From IMG/VR virus record IMGVR_UViG_3300032314_000513, positions 20,380 to 84,379 of that record: DNA of 64,000 bases, one strand, 5' to 3'. Shown one piece after another: positions 9,468 through 18,643 of the stretch. Every line of letters begins with the position of its first letter. The stretch's first letter is position 1. The notes under the pieces are model-generated. The model saw nothing but the letters and a program-made list of their open reading frames with translations, was not told where the DNA came from and did no database searches. Position numbers and translations under genes: made by a program. The DNA is from a virus. Its lineage: Duplodnaviria; Caudoviricetes.

Positions 9468-9953
9468 ATGAAACAAAATAATAAATATATAATTCTAGGT
9501 ATTTTAGCAATTGGTGGCTATTTATTGTATAGAAAATATATGAAAAATAGTTCAACACAACCTGATTCTAATGTAAATTTTTTGGGTTTAAATATCCCTC
9601 CCATTCTAAATGATTGGAAAGATAATTTTGATAATAAAAGATTAGATGAAATAACCAATAATTACGCACCTGACGGTATTTTAGTATCTACTTTTGGAGA
9701 TATTTTAAAGGGTAGAAAGAAGATTAAAGACTATTTCAAAGGTTTATTTGAAAAAGATAATTTAAGTGTTGATTATTTAGGCACTCCTGATGTGAAAGAC
9801 TTGAAAGATGTTAAAGTATATACAGGTTTATATCAATTTAATTATTTAGAAAATGGTAAAATGAATCATGTTAAATCAAGATATTCATTCATTTCTAAAG
9901 AGATTGATGGTAAAACTTATATATTGAAACAACATTCTAGTGTTGCTAATTAA
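9468..9953 (+). CDS. Membrane-anchored NTF2/SnoaL-like protein
   Basis: N-terminal TM; WKDNF...YAPDGILV...LKGRKKIKDYF...QHSS. Confidence 0.7.
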   Translation: MKQNNKYIILGILAIGGYLLYRKYMKNSSTQPDSNVNFLGLNIPPILNDWKDNFDNKRLDEITNNYAPDGILVSTFGDILKGRKKIKDYFKGLFEKDNLSVDYLGTPDVKDLKDVKVYTGLYQFNYLENGKMNHVKSRYSFISKEIDGKTYILKQHSSVAN

Positions 9954-9975
9954 AAGTTAAAAAAAACCATAAAAT

Positions 9976-10623
9976 ATGTTAGATTCAATATCTTGGGGAA
10001 ATCCTCTCCAAAAGCATCTGCCGTACATTGAAAAAGACAACTTGACTTTTCTTGAGAAGTATTATCCTCAACTAATCAAGTATAGTTTCCCAAAAAACAC
10101 TTCAAAAGCTACAAGAGAAGAATTAAATCAGCTTGTAGATAATATTGAAGTTGCTAAATCAAACCCTGAGCATCTTAAAAGATATAAAGCTTATGATAAT
10201 TCCCTTGTTAAAATATTTGGAGATGTAATTATTGAAAATAATTTAGGCGAAAAAGGAGCTGATTTGGTTGATAAGCTATTTGATGATACAGTTCCTTTAA
10301 TCCTCAAGCTTAAATTCTTTTTTCAAAGACCTAGGCCTTATCAATTGGCTTACGCTTATAAATTAAAACTTTTCCCATTTTCATCTCCATCTTCAGATTC
10401 CCCTTCTTATCCTGCAGGACATACTTTGCAGTCAGCTTTGATTTGCTATGTGTTGGGTAACCATTTCCCTGAAAAATTTGATTATTTTCAAAATCTAGCT
10501 AAAGACATAGAATACAGTAGATTGTTCTTAGGTTTACATTACCAATCAGATAATGATTTTTCTTTATATATGTATGACTTAATTATCAGAGATAAGGAGT
10601 TTAAGGCGAAATATGCTTTATAA
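9976..10623 (+). CDS. PAP2/haloperoxidase-family phosphatase
   Basis: KFFFQRPRP, SPSYPAGH, SRLFLGLHYQSD. Confidence 0.85.
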   Translation: MLDSISWGNPLQKHLPYIEKDNLTFLEKYYPQLIKYSFPKNTSKATREELNQLVDNIEVAKSNPEHLKRYKAYDNSLVKIFGDVIIENNLGEKGADLVDKLFDDTVPLILKLKFFFQRPRPYQLAYAYKLKLFPFSSPSSDSPSYPAGHTLQSALICYVLGNHFPEKFDYFQNLAKDIEYSRLFLGLHYQSDNDFSLYMYDLIIRDKEFKAKYAL

Positions 10624-11024
10624 TGCAATTACAACTAAAAGAAGGGAGAGTTACTTGGAAACAAGGGTGGGCTGAAATATCCGATAAAAGGTGCTACTTC
10701 AGAAGCCGTTGGGAATATAGGTATGCCCTTTATTTGGATTTAATGAAAAGACATAATCATATTATTGATTGGTTTTATGAACCGCAAACTTTTTATTTTG
10801 AAGGTATCAAAAGGGGTACAACAAATTATAAACCTGATTTCAAAGTAGTATTTCCAAGTGGTAACGAAGAATGGATTGAAGTTAAAGGATACATGGATGC
10901 TAAATCAGCAACCAAAATAAAAAGAATGGCTAAATACTTCCCTGAATTAAAATTAAGAGTAGTGGATGGTGATTGGTTCAAAGTTAATGCCTTAATGCTA
11001 AAAAAAGTTCTAAAAAATTGGTAA
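10623..11024 (+). CDS. PD-(D/E)XK endonuclease
   Basis: FRSRWE, YEP, YKPDF, IEVKG. Confidence 0.85.
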   Translation: MQLQLKEGRVTWKQGWAEISDKRCYFRSRWEYRYALYLDLMKRHNHIIDWFYEPQTFYFEGIKRGTTNYKPDFKVVFPSGNEEWIEVKGYMDAKSATKIKRMAKYFPELKLRVVDGDWFKVNALMLKKVLKNW

Positions 11025-11042
11025 AAAAAGCATAATTATACA

Positions 11043-11052
11043 TATATTTACA
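11043..11052 (+). promoter_or_regulatory. Putative -7 promoter box TATATTTACA
   Basis: Intergenic, upstream of the 11070 ATG. Confidence 0.6.
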
Positions 11053-11069
11053 ATGTGTAAAATTATACA

Positions 11070-11501
11070 ATGAACCAACAGAATGAAATTATATTACTTG
11101 AAGAGTTAATTTCTATAGTCAAAAACAAAGGCTATACCAAAACTTTAAATATTCTTAAAAAGAATAATACATCTTTTTTTGAGATAGATAATTCCTACGA
11201 TAAATTTGTCGTAAACCTAATTGCTAATACTTTTGAAATAGATTCAAATGACTTATTACAAAGTAGATATAGTAGAGGTAATATGAAATACGCTATTGGA
11301 TTTTGCGTTTATTATTTGTATCAAGAAAGAACACTTGGCTACATAGGTAAAAATATATTCAAGGATAAGAATTTAACTTTGCTATCAAGATATAGACAAA
11401 TGATATTCGAATTAACTAAAAAGGATTTACCTTATTACGAAATAAAAGAAGATTTAGATAAAAAAATAGAAAATTTTAAACTTAAAAATAAAGTTAAATG
11501 A
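11070..11501 (+). CDS. Helical protein, possibly DnaA-C-like HTH
   Basis: IANTFEIDSNDLL.SR...YAIGFCVYYL pattern; weak. Confidence 0.4.
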   Translation: MNQQNEIILLEELISIVKNKGYTKTLNILKKNNTSFFEIDNSYDKFVVNLIANTFEIDSNDLLQSRYSRGNMKYAIGFCVYYLYQERTLGYIGKNIFKDKNLTLLSRYRQMIFELTKKDLPYYEIKEDLDKKIENFKLKNKVK

Positions 11502-12649
11502 GTACTGAACAAAACATACCCACCGAAGAAGTAAAACCAAAACAATCTCCTTCTAATTATAATCCATTTTTGGAGCAAGTTAGTGAAAAGCCATATTCAA
11601 CTGTGAATGTTGGAGTTACCCAAGAACAATTAAAATCCTCTATTCCTGAGCCTGTTTATTCTCCTTTTTCAGTAGATTCAAACGAGAACCCATATAATAT
11701 GTTAGGCGGAGACGGACAGCCTAGTGGAGGAGGACAAAAAAGGGAATCAGCACCTTTTAATCCTATGATGAATGATGTTTCTGATGGAGATAAAAAAATG
11801 GGTGCACAGCACATGGCTAAATTATTAGTTGAAGGCTATGAGCAATTACATGTTTTTGGTAATAAAGCTTTGCAGGTACCTGAGAAAAAGATTAGGAAAA
11901 TGGAAAAGGAAGGACTTATAGATTTATCTATTCCGATTCCTTATGAATATGGTAAGACTATTACTGCAGGAGAATTTTTACAAGATTTCAATGAACAAAA
12001 TAAAGATGCTTTAACAGTATCAAGAGAATTTAAAAAAGAAGTTACTCCTGTATTAACTAGAGTTTTAGAAAAAAGAGGTGCAGGATTAACTGATGAGCAA
12101 TATTTAGGTTTTTTAGTTGGTAAAGATTTAGTGGTAAAATTAGTTATTGTAGCACAATTGCGTTCTACTATGAATGACATGATTAATGTAATTAAAGATT
12201 ATACAGAAGCTACAAGAGCAGGTGGTGGTGTACCTCCGCAGCCTCAAGCTCCTACTCCTCAAGCTCCTACTCCTCAACCATCAGCTCCACAGCCACAATA
12301 TCAAGAGCCTTCTCATTCAGCACCTGATTTTAACTTTCAAGATAATGAAGTGGTAATGAATAGTACAGTACAACAAATGCAAGTTCCTAGCACAGGTAAA
12401 GCAAGAGTTATTGCACAAATTCAAAAAGAAAAGAAATGGAAAAATGATGCGGATAAAGCAGGTGGGGGGTCATCTTACGAACAAGCTATGAAAGAAAGAA
12501 AAAATAGTGGCAAAAGAGGAAGAAAAAAAGCAAAAGATTATGTTGATGAAGTAAAAATGGATGAAGACCAAATTGCTGAAGCTATAATTTTGAATGAGAC
12601 TATTAATCAACCTAAAAAGGTTAAGGACCCTTACGCAGATTTAGATTAA
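11498..12649 (+). CDS. 383-aa protein upstream of the packaging ATPase
   Basis: Long ORF with QAPTP repeats; no recognised domain. Confidence 0.7.
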   Translation: MSTEQNIPTEEVKPKQSPSNYNPFLEQVSEKPYSTVNVGVTQEQLKSSIPEPVYSPFSVDSNENPYNMLGGDGQPSGGGQKRESAPFNPMMNDVSDGDKKMGAQHMAKLLVEGYEQLHVFGNKALQVPEKKIRKMEKEGLIDLSIPIPYEYGKTITAGEFLQDFNEQNKDALTVSREFKKEVTPVLTRVLEKRGAGLTDEQYLGFLVGKDLVVKLVIVAQLRSTMNDMINVIKDYTEATRAGGGVPPQPQAPTPQAPTPQPSAPQPQYQEPSHSAPDFNFQDNEVVMNSTVQQMQVPSTGKARVIAQIQKEKKWKNDADKAGGGSSYEQAMKERKNSGKRGRKKAKDYVDEVKMDEDQIAEAIILNETINQPKKVKDPYADLD

Positions 12650-12650
12650 T

Positions 12651-12938
12651 ATGAAAGTAAAAAATCAAGATTGGATTGAATTTAAAAAAACAATCATCTC
12701 TTTCATAAGGGTTTTTGAAAACGAATCTACAAAATTTGAATACCCAATTTGTCAAGATGAAGATTTTACCATTCTTGTTGAAGAGTGTGAAGTATTTCCT
12801 GTATTTACTAAAAAAGAAGATTTTTTAAAAATAGAATATGATTTTACACTATGTCAAACTAGTATTAGAACTTTAAGCTTTTCAAAATACAAAGATGCTG
12901 CAAGAATAGAAATTACTTTAAAAGATAAAAGTATTTAA
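12651..12938 (+). CDS. Hypothetical protein
   Basis: In-operon ORF. Confidence 0.6.
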   Translation: MKVKNQDWIEFKKTIISFIRVFENESTKFEYPICQDEDFTILVEECEVFPVFTKKEDFLKIEYDFTLCQTSIRTLSFSKYKDAARIEITLKDKSI

Positions 12939-12939
12939 T

Positions 12940-13761
12940 ATGGCAAGAGAACCTATGCTAATGGCTGCCTGTGGAAAGAAAGGGGTGGGTAAAAGTTATC
13001 AGCACATGATTCTCATGAACCAATATGTTCAAGGAGATTATTATAATGGTGTAAGAGGTAGAAAATGTTTGATAATGGATGTTAATGATGAATATGGTCA
13101 TGGTACTTATTATGTACAAGCTTTATCATTAAAAGATGTTTCATTATTTTCTGTACATCCTAATGTTGAAATTAGAAGAATTAGGCCGTTTCATCCAAAT
13201 GGAACTAGAATGACTTTAGATGAATGGGCTCAAGCTTTATTCTATGTTTTAAATAGATTCAGAAATGGTTTATTATTAATTGAGGATGTAAATAAATTTA
13301 TTGGAGACCATTTACCAAATGATTTAGTGGGTTCTATTGCAACTAATCGACATGTTGGTTTAGATATAATTCTTTCTTATCAGTCTTTAGGTAGAATTAA
13401 TACTAAGATTTGGGGTAATTTAAACCAATTAAGATTCCATAAAAACAATGAGAGTGTTGAAAGACATGCTTTAAAATTCCCTGATAAAGCCGAGTTTATG
13501 CGTATTGCAGAGATTATGGTTAATAATGAATATGCAAGAGGCAATAATAGATTTTTTTTATATGTAGATATGGATGAATCTAAAATTAGAGGTAATATTA
13601 ATGATGAATTAAGAGAAGAGGCTCTAAATCAATATATTAACGAAAACTACAATATTCTTTTAAAGCCATTTTTGGTACAAAGAGATGGCAACAAGAAAAA
13701 ACATACTACAGAAACTGCTATAAAAGAGATAAAACAGAGACTTACTTCAGCCTATTTTTAG
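12940..13761 (+). CDS. FtsK/HerA-superfamily genome packaging ATPase (P9/A32-like)
   Basis: N-terminal Walker A GKKGVGKS, IMDVNDEY, Walker B LLLIED, NRHVGLDIILSYQ (Arg finger and Gln). Confidence 0.88.
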   Translation: MAREPMLMAACGKKGVGKSYQHMILMNQYVQGDYYNGVRGRKCLIMDVNDEYGHGTYYVQALSLKDVSLFSVHPNVEIRRIRPFHPNGTRMTLDEWAQALFYVLNRFRNGLLLIEDVNKFIGDHLPNDLVGSIATNRHVGLDIILSYQSLGRINTKIWGNLNQLRFHKNNESVERHALKFPDKAEFMRIAEIMVNNEYARGNNRFFLYVDMDESKIRGNINDELREEALNQYINENYNILLKPFLVQRDGNKKKHTTETAIKEIKQRLTSAYF

Positions 13762-13802
13762 GCTTTTTGCTTGATTTTCAGGCTTATATACCCATCTAAT
13801 AC

Positions 13803-13836
13803 ACCCTTTCCTATTTATTCAGGAAGGGGTTTTTTT
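13803..13836 (+). terminator. Intrinsic terminator
   Basis: ACCCTTTCCT/AGGAAGGGGT stem, 8-nt loop, T run. Confidence 0.75.
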
Positions 13837-13928
13837 ATTTTCAACTAATTATATACATATAAAAGTAGCTATATAAAAAAGTTACAAAAAACTGATTAAT
13901 TTATTTCTATTAATGCCTAGTAATTACC

Positions 13929-13936
13929 TAAATTTG
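13929..13936 (+). promoter_or_regulatory. Bacteroidota-type -7 box TAAATTTG of the capsid operon
   Basis: Exact TAnnTTTG between the terminator and ATG 14002; another copy at 14947-14954. Confidence 0.6.
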
Positions 13937-14001
13937 ATATGTCAATGCTGAATCTGTATTCACAATGACACTTATTCATAAAACAATTAAATAGTATTAA
14001 G

Positions 14002-14109
14002 ATGAATTTCAAAGCAATCGCAGGACAATTACTAATCGTTGCAGGTGGTGTTGCTCTATACATGTTGGCTATAAAGCCTATGTTAGACAAAGCTAATGTA
14101 TCTAAGTAA
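14002..14109 (+). CDS. 35-aa membrane protein preceding the capsid gene (not in ORF track)
   Basis: MNFKAIAGQLLIVAGGVALYMLAIKPMLDKANVSK. Confidence 0.7.
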   Translation: MNFKAIAGQLLIVAGGVALYMLAIKPMLDKANVSK

Positions 14110-14165
14110 TCATAGAAGTAAACGAATTTAAAATCAAATTAATTCAAAATTAAAATTCATTAAAA

Positions 14166-14864
14166 ATGAGTAGTATTCAACGCTATTTACAAATGGCAAA
14201 CCGTCAAGTAAACGAATCGTTTATTGGCGTAGATGGTTTTGTAGACGATGACATGTATTTTGCAGCAGGAGATAATTTCTTCGGTGCAGACGGTACAGAA
14301 GCAGCTCCTGCTGCAGCACCTGCAGTTATGCGTTCTCAACCTTACATCTTAACAGTATCTAACGCTTCTAACGCAGCAGTTACTATTGATGTATTCGGAG
14401 CTTATATCTATTTGAACAACGCAGGTTTTTCAGGTGGAAGCTTAACAGTAAGCAATGTTACAATCACTTCAGGATTGTCAAATGTTACTTACTATAACTT
14501 ATTGAACCAATCATCTGTATCTCCTTTCACAATTGGAAGTACTTTGATTTCTTCAGTAAATGGTACAACTAGCCAAGTGTTACAACCTTTAACACTTAGC
14601 ACTTTAGATGCAAACGGTAACCAAGCAACTAAAATCTTAACTCCTGTTATTGACCCGTATCAACAACAAAGTGGTGTTATTGAATTGAAACAACCATTCA
14701 GAATTGATGGTTTCACTAAGTTAACTTTCAGCATTTATGCTTCAAGTTCTGTTCAATTCCAATTCTACCCTTCTGATACAATCAACATCGCAAGAGGTTT
14801 AGGTGGTAACGCTGTATCTAAGCAATATGGTAGTCCAAAAATTATCAGACCGGCTTCTCGTTAA
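14166..14864 (+). CDS. Probable major capsid protein, single-jelly-roll size
   Basis: Beta-strand-rich 232 aa, own terminator, TTC/AAC/ATC-rich codons, follows the ATPase; DANGN...IDPYQ. Confidence 0.7.
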   Translation: MSSIQRYLQMANRQVNESFIGVDGFVDDDMYFAAGDNFFGADGTEAAPAAAPAVMRSQPYILTVSNASNAAVTIDVFGAYIYLNNAGFSGGSLTVSNVTITSGLSNVTYYNLLNQSSVSPFTIGSTLISSVNGTTSQVLQPLTLSTLDANGNQATKILTPVIDPYQQQSGVIELKQPFRIDGFTKLTFSIYASSSVQFQFYPSDTINIARGLGGNAVSKQYGSPKIIRPASR

Positions 14865-14890
14865 TCCGAGTAGATTAGGAAAAATATAAG

Positions 14891-14933
14891 AAAGGGGCGA
14901 GAGTGTGATTTTATCTTACTCCGCCCTTTTTTT
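14891..14933 (+). terminator. Intrinsic terminator after the capsid gene
   Basis: GGGCG(A)GAGT...ACTCCGCCC stem followed by T7. Confidence 0.8.
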
Positions 14934-14958
14934 AATTAAAATTTAGTAAATTTGTGTT

Positions 14959-15378
14959 ATGTCATTACCTAGAGTAAATATATTCAACTATACCGCTGCA
15001 GCTAACCCTTATTTCGTTAAGAGTTTAGCCCATAAGTATGGTTATGAATTTGATAAGGACCAAAAATTAGATACTGTTTTACAACAACTAGTAACTTACG
15101 AAGGTGAACCTGTCATGATGGAAATAATTGAGAACAGTCCTGATAAGGATTTATTCATGGATTATTTTGAAAAGAAGTATGGCAAAAAAGAAGAAAAGAA
15201 TAATTCAAATGAATTAGGTGGTGCAAGACTACTTGATACTTATATGAATTTCACAGGACAACTACAAGCTGCACAACAAACTGCTGAAAATAAAATGTTG
15301 ACAAAAGAAACAAGTGTTATGGTTTTACTTGGTGCAGTTCTTATTTCATTCGCAATAATGTTTAAAAACAACAAATAA
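14959..15378 (+). CDS. Virion membrane protein, C-anchored, with NFTG
   Basis: C-terminal TM; YMNFTG. Confidence 0.75.
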   Translation: MSLPRVNIFNYTAAANPYFVKSLAHKYGYEFDKDQKLDTVLQQLVTYEGEPVMMEIIENSPDKDLFMDYFEKKYGKKEEKNNSNELGGARLLDTYMNFTGQLQAAQQTAENKMLTKETSVMVLLGAVLISFAIMFKNNK

Positions 15379-15379
15379 T

Positions 15380-16048
15380 ATGGCACTTTCAGCAATAGAA
15401 ACTGCAAAAGAATTAATTTCATACGCAGTCGTAACAGATAAGAATGGTTTAGTTAAGTTATTACAAAGAAATGGTATTGAGTTACCAAATAATCCTTCTG
15501 ACAACGAAGTAACAGTTGCTGTCTTGATGGCAAATAATAAAAGTGGTGTTTTCAGAAATGAATTAAAAAAATATTTAGGTGGGTTAGTTCCTGAAATATC
15601 TAATTATACAACAGAATTAGGTGGTGGAATGAACTTCACAGGTACAGATGATTTTTCTTTTACTGCAGGAGATGATAATTTTTATAATGCAACCGCTGCT
15701 GAGGCAAAAGCCTTAAGGGTATCAGCTACAAATCCTACAGGCAAAACTAAAGTAGGTTTAGCATTAGCAAGTATTGGAACTTTCTTTAAAGATAGTGTAC
15801 TTACAAAAGATAATATCAACGCAGGTATTAATATTGGTTTAACTAGTTTAGCTAATAAGACTCAAGCACAGCAAAATGCTGTTACTGCTCAGTCTTTACA
15901 ATTACAAAATTATCAAGATACTTTAAGACAACAATTACCTAATGCAGATAAGAAATCTAACACTATGTTATATGTATGGATTAGTGTTGGTGTGTTAGCT
16001 GTTGGTGTTTTAGGATTTGTTTTATACAAATCATATAAGAAGAAATAA
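15380..16048 (+). CDS. Virion membrane protein, C-anchored, with NFTG
   Basis: MNFTGTDDFSFTAGDDNFYNA; C-terminal TM then KSYKKK. Confidence 0.75.
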   Translation: MALSAIETAKELISYAVVTDKNGLVKLLQRNGIELPNNPSDNEVTVAVLMANNKSGVFRNELKKYLGGLVPEISNYTTELGGGMNFTGTDDFSFTAGDDNFYNATAAEAKALRVSATNPTGKTKVGLALASIGTFFKDSVLTKDNINAGINIGLTSLANKTQAQQNAVTAQSLQLQNYQDTLRQQLPNADKKSNTMLYVWISVGVLAVGVLGFVLYKSYKKK

Positions 16049-16239
16049 TGTCCAATAATAAAAAAATATTATTAATTGGAGGTGCTTTGGTAATAGCATA
16101 TCTTTTATTAAAAAAGAAAAAAAATACTTTGGTTAGTGAAAATGGAAAAGAAAAGATAGTGCAGTTTGACCCTATAAATGTTAAACCAATGCCATGGATA
16201 GGTGTTCCAAATTCACTTCCTGAAATTAAAATAAATTAA
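16048..16239 (+). CDS. N-anchored small membrane protein
   Basis: ILLIGGALVIAYLLLKKKK. Confidence 0.75.
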   Translation: MSNNKKILLIGGALVIAYLLLKKKKNTLVSENGKEKIVQFDPINVKPMPWIGVPNSLPEIKIN

Positions 16240-16240
16240 A

Positions 16241-16375
16241 ATGACTAAAGAGAATAAAGAATTATTATGGATAAGTGGATTTGTATTTGTTTTATATACA
16301 CTTTATAAGATATATGAAAAGAAATATCAATCAGTTCCTGATTCAGTAGTAATTCCAACAGAGTTCGAAAATTAA
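16241..16375 (+). CDS. 44-aa membrane protein (not in ORF track)
   Basis: MTKENKELLWISGFVFVLYTLYKIYEKK... Confidence 0.7.
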   Translation: MTKENKELLWISGFVFVLYTLYKIYEKKYQSVPDSVVIPTEFEN

Positions 16376-16402
16376 ATTAAATAACAAACAAAAACAAAAA
16401 TT

Positions 16403-16546
16403 ATGTTAAAAGGTAAAAATTTATGGATTTTATTAGGTGTAGGTGCTGTAGCATACTACTATTTTATGATGAAGAAGAAAAAAGATGCTGCTGCTTCTGC
16501 TCCTGCAACTGCTGCAACTAACTTCACAGGAACTATGGGATATTAA
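16403..16546 (+). CDS. 47-aa membrane protein, paralogue of the next gene (not in ORF track)
   Basis: MLKGKNLWILLGVGAVAYYYFMMKKKK...APATAATNFTG. Confidence 0.8.
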   Translation: MLKGKNLWILLGVGAVAYYYFMMKKKKDAAASAPATAATNFTGTMGY

Positions 16547-16570
16547 TTTTAAATTTTAAAAAATTAAAAA

Positions 16571-16843
16571 ATGTTAAAAGGTAAAAATTTATTGATTATT
16601 GCAGGTGTTGCTGCTGTAGGTTATTATTTATATAAGAAAAATCAAGATGCTAAAGTAATTGCTCCTGCAACTGCTGCAAAGAACTTCACAGGAGACTTAG
16701 ATGTTTTAGCAAATCAAAACTTTACAGGAGATTTAGGTGTTCTTAACGCAAGTGGTCCTAGCGATAGACAATTAAATAGATTAGAAAAAGTTATGACTAG
16801 AAATCCACAAAGAGCTCAAAGAATGATTAAAAGAATGTTCTAA
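16571..16843 (+). CDS. N-anchored membrane protein with two NFTGDL repeats
   Basis: MLKGKNLLII...; NFTGDL twice, then NASG. Confidence 0.8.
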   Translation: MLKGKNLLIIAGVAAVGYYLYKKNQDAKVIAPATAAKNFTGDLDVLANQNFTGDLGVLNASGPSDRQLNRLEKVMTRNPQRAQRMIKRMF

Positions 16844-16861
16844 TCAGATAATTTAAAAATT

Positions 16862-17254
16862 ATGACAAATACAAAAAAAGTATTGTTATACGCAGGTGCT
16901 GTTATAGTAGGTTACCATTTATGGAAATACTACAGTAAGCCTAAAAGCGTATTATTAAAAGGTTCTGATGCTGACACACCTGAAAAGGTAGAATATAGCA
17001 CAGGAAAAGAAGGTATGTTAGGTTCTGATGGTTCTTTAGATACAATGATTAATTTAAAGAAACCCATCTATATTAGACCTCAAAATTCTATTCCTAATGT
17101 TTATGATAGAGGTATTGGACAATTTATTAATGGTAGCGGTGGTTACATGAACGCAACAGGTTTTCATGAGAACTTAGCTACAGCTTGTAACGCTAAAACA
17201 GTTAAAAATTTAGGTGCTACAAAAATTGATATACCTATAATACCTCAAAACTAG
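16862..17254 (+). CDS. N-anchored membrane protein
   Basis: N-terminal TM; NGSG and NATG. Confidence 0.75.
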   Translation: MTNTKKVLLYAGAVIVGYHLWKYYSKPKSVLLKGSDADTPEKVEYSTGKEGMLGSDGSLDTMINLKKPIYIRPQNSIPNVYDRGIGQFINGSGGYMNATGFHENLATACNAKTVKNLGATKIDIPIIPQN

Positions 17255-17257
17255 AAA

Positions 17258-17398
17258 ATGAATAAAACAACAAAATACATTTTAATTTATGCTGCAGTAG
17301 CAGGTGGAGTTTATTTACTTTATAAACAATATCAAGTTATGCAAAATAAATTAGATGGAGATTCCGCTTTAAAAAAGTGGAACGCACAACACAATTAA
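17258..17398 (+). CDS. 46-aa membrane protein (not in ORF track)
   Basis: MNKTTKYILIYAAVAGGVYLLYKQY... Confidence 0.7.
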   Translation: MNKTTKYILIYAAVAGGVYLLYKQYQVMQNKLDGDSALKKWNAQHN

Positions 17399-17408
17399 AA
17401 TAAAAACA

Positions 17409-17645
17409 ATGGCAGAGGCAAAAGATATATTAGATAAAGTAAAACAATTAAAATCTAATTCTGAAAGCATGGCCTTAAAGAAAATGAAAGGAACTGTTTC
17501 AGGAGCATTGATTGGCATGGGTGGAGGCTTACTAATAGGATTTACAAGAGGCTATAGTTTAGTCTCTTCTGCGTTTGTAGGAGCTTTACTTGGTGGTGTT
17601 ATATCTCAAGTTTTATTACCTAAATTAGATGATAATAATGAATAA
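17409..17645 (+). CDS. Gly-zipper two-TM membrane protein
   Basis: GALIGMGGGLLIG and GALLGG. Confidence 0.7.
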   Translation: MAEAKDILDKVKQLKSNSESMALKKMKGTVSGALIGMGGGLLIGFTRGYSLVSSAFVGALLGGVISQVLLPKLDDNNE

Positions 17646-18324
17646 TAAGTACATCAAAATGGCAGCTTTGGCTGCTATCGCAATAGGTGGTTATTTAGTG
17701 ATTAAAAATTTACTAGGTAAATCTGTTGGTACGCCTAAGCAAGTGGGTGATTCCGAAGCAGGAACAAGTAATGGTAAGGCTACAGTTTCTAATTATTTCC
17801 CTTTGGCTAAAGGTAGTAAAGGAGAAAAGGTTCGAGAACTACAGACTATTTTAGTAGGTATTGATGCAAACGCATTACCTAAATACGGTATTGATGGAGA
17901 CTTTGGAAGTGAAACAGAAGCTGCTTTATTTAAGTATTTGAATAAGAAAAGTGTTGATAATCAAGAAGATATAGCTACTTTAAATTCTTTAAAGACTACC
18001 GCACAATCTAAAGCTTTAGCATCTTCAATAAACGCTAATAGAAGTATAACTGCGAATGAAATTATCAATAATTGGAAGTTAAACAATACTAAAAGTGTTT
18101 ATGCAGCGAACGACTTAGGATATGTTATAGGAGATTTATCAGCATCAGGCTTAGAATTAAACGCTGTAAACAAATACGCCAAGAAAGGTGATGTTATTGT
18201 TAATGGATTTGAAATTAAAGATATGAAAGTACTACCTAGTGGATACATTATGGCTTCAATAGGTGTACTTGGCCTTGGGGGTAAATTTGCTAAATTTAGT
18301 CCTTTCGGTGTGATGATAAATTAG
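17638..18324 (+). CDS. Membrane-anchored peptidoglycan-binding-domain protein
   Basis: N-terminal TM; LAKGSKGEKVRELQ...IDGDFGSETEAAL (PG_binding_1); start moved to Met4. Confidence 0.8.
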   Translation: MNNKYIKMAALAAIAIGGYLVIKNLLGKSVGTPKQVGDSEAGTSNGKATVSNYFPLAKGSKGEKVRELQTILVGIDANALPKYGIDGDFGSETEAALFKYLNKKSVDNQEDIATLNSLKTTAQSKALASSINANRSITANEIINNWKLNNTKSVYAANDLGYVIGDLSASGLELNAVNKYAKKGDVIVNGFEIKDMKVLPSGYIMASIGVLGLGGKFAKFSPFGVMIN

Positions 18325-18352
18325 TAATTTTAAAGCAAAAAATAACCATAAA

Positions 18353-18643
18353 ATGGAAGAAGTGAATTTAGATAAAAAGCTTACTGCTAACCAACTTTTT
18401 AAAGAATATAAAGACGAGGGTGGCACATTGAATTTTTCAGATTGGTTGACTAGAGAAAAGACAAAAGGTATTTTCCCTATAAATTCTAATCTAAATCAAG
18501 AAGTAGGTAAAAAATTAACTGATTTAAAACAAGAAGAAATGAATAAAACAGTTTTAGGTTTCCCTGTAAGCACCTTATTAATAGCAGGTGGAGTAATCAT
18601 AGTAGCAATAGTTGCTGTTAATGTATTAAAAAAGAAAGCATAA
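18353..18643 (+). CDS. C-anchored membrane protein
   Basis: ANQLFKEY...FSDWL; C-terminal TM then KKKA. Confidence 0.75.
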   Translation: MEEVNLDKKLTANQLFKEYKDEGGTLNFSDWLTREKTKGIFPINSNLNQEVGKKLTDLKQEEMNKTVLGFPVSTLLIAGGVIIVAIVAVNVLKKKA

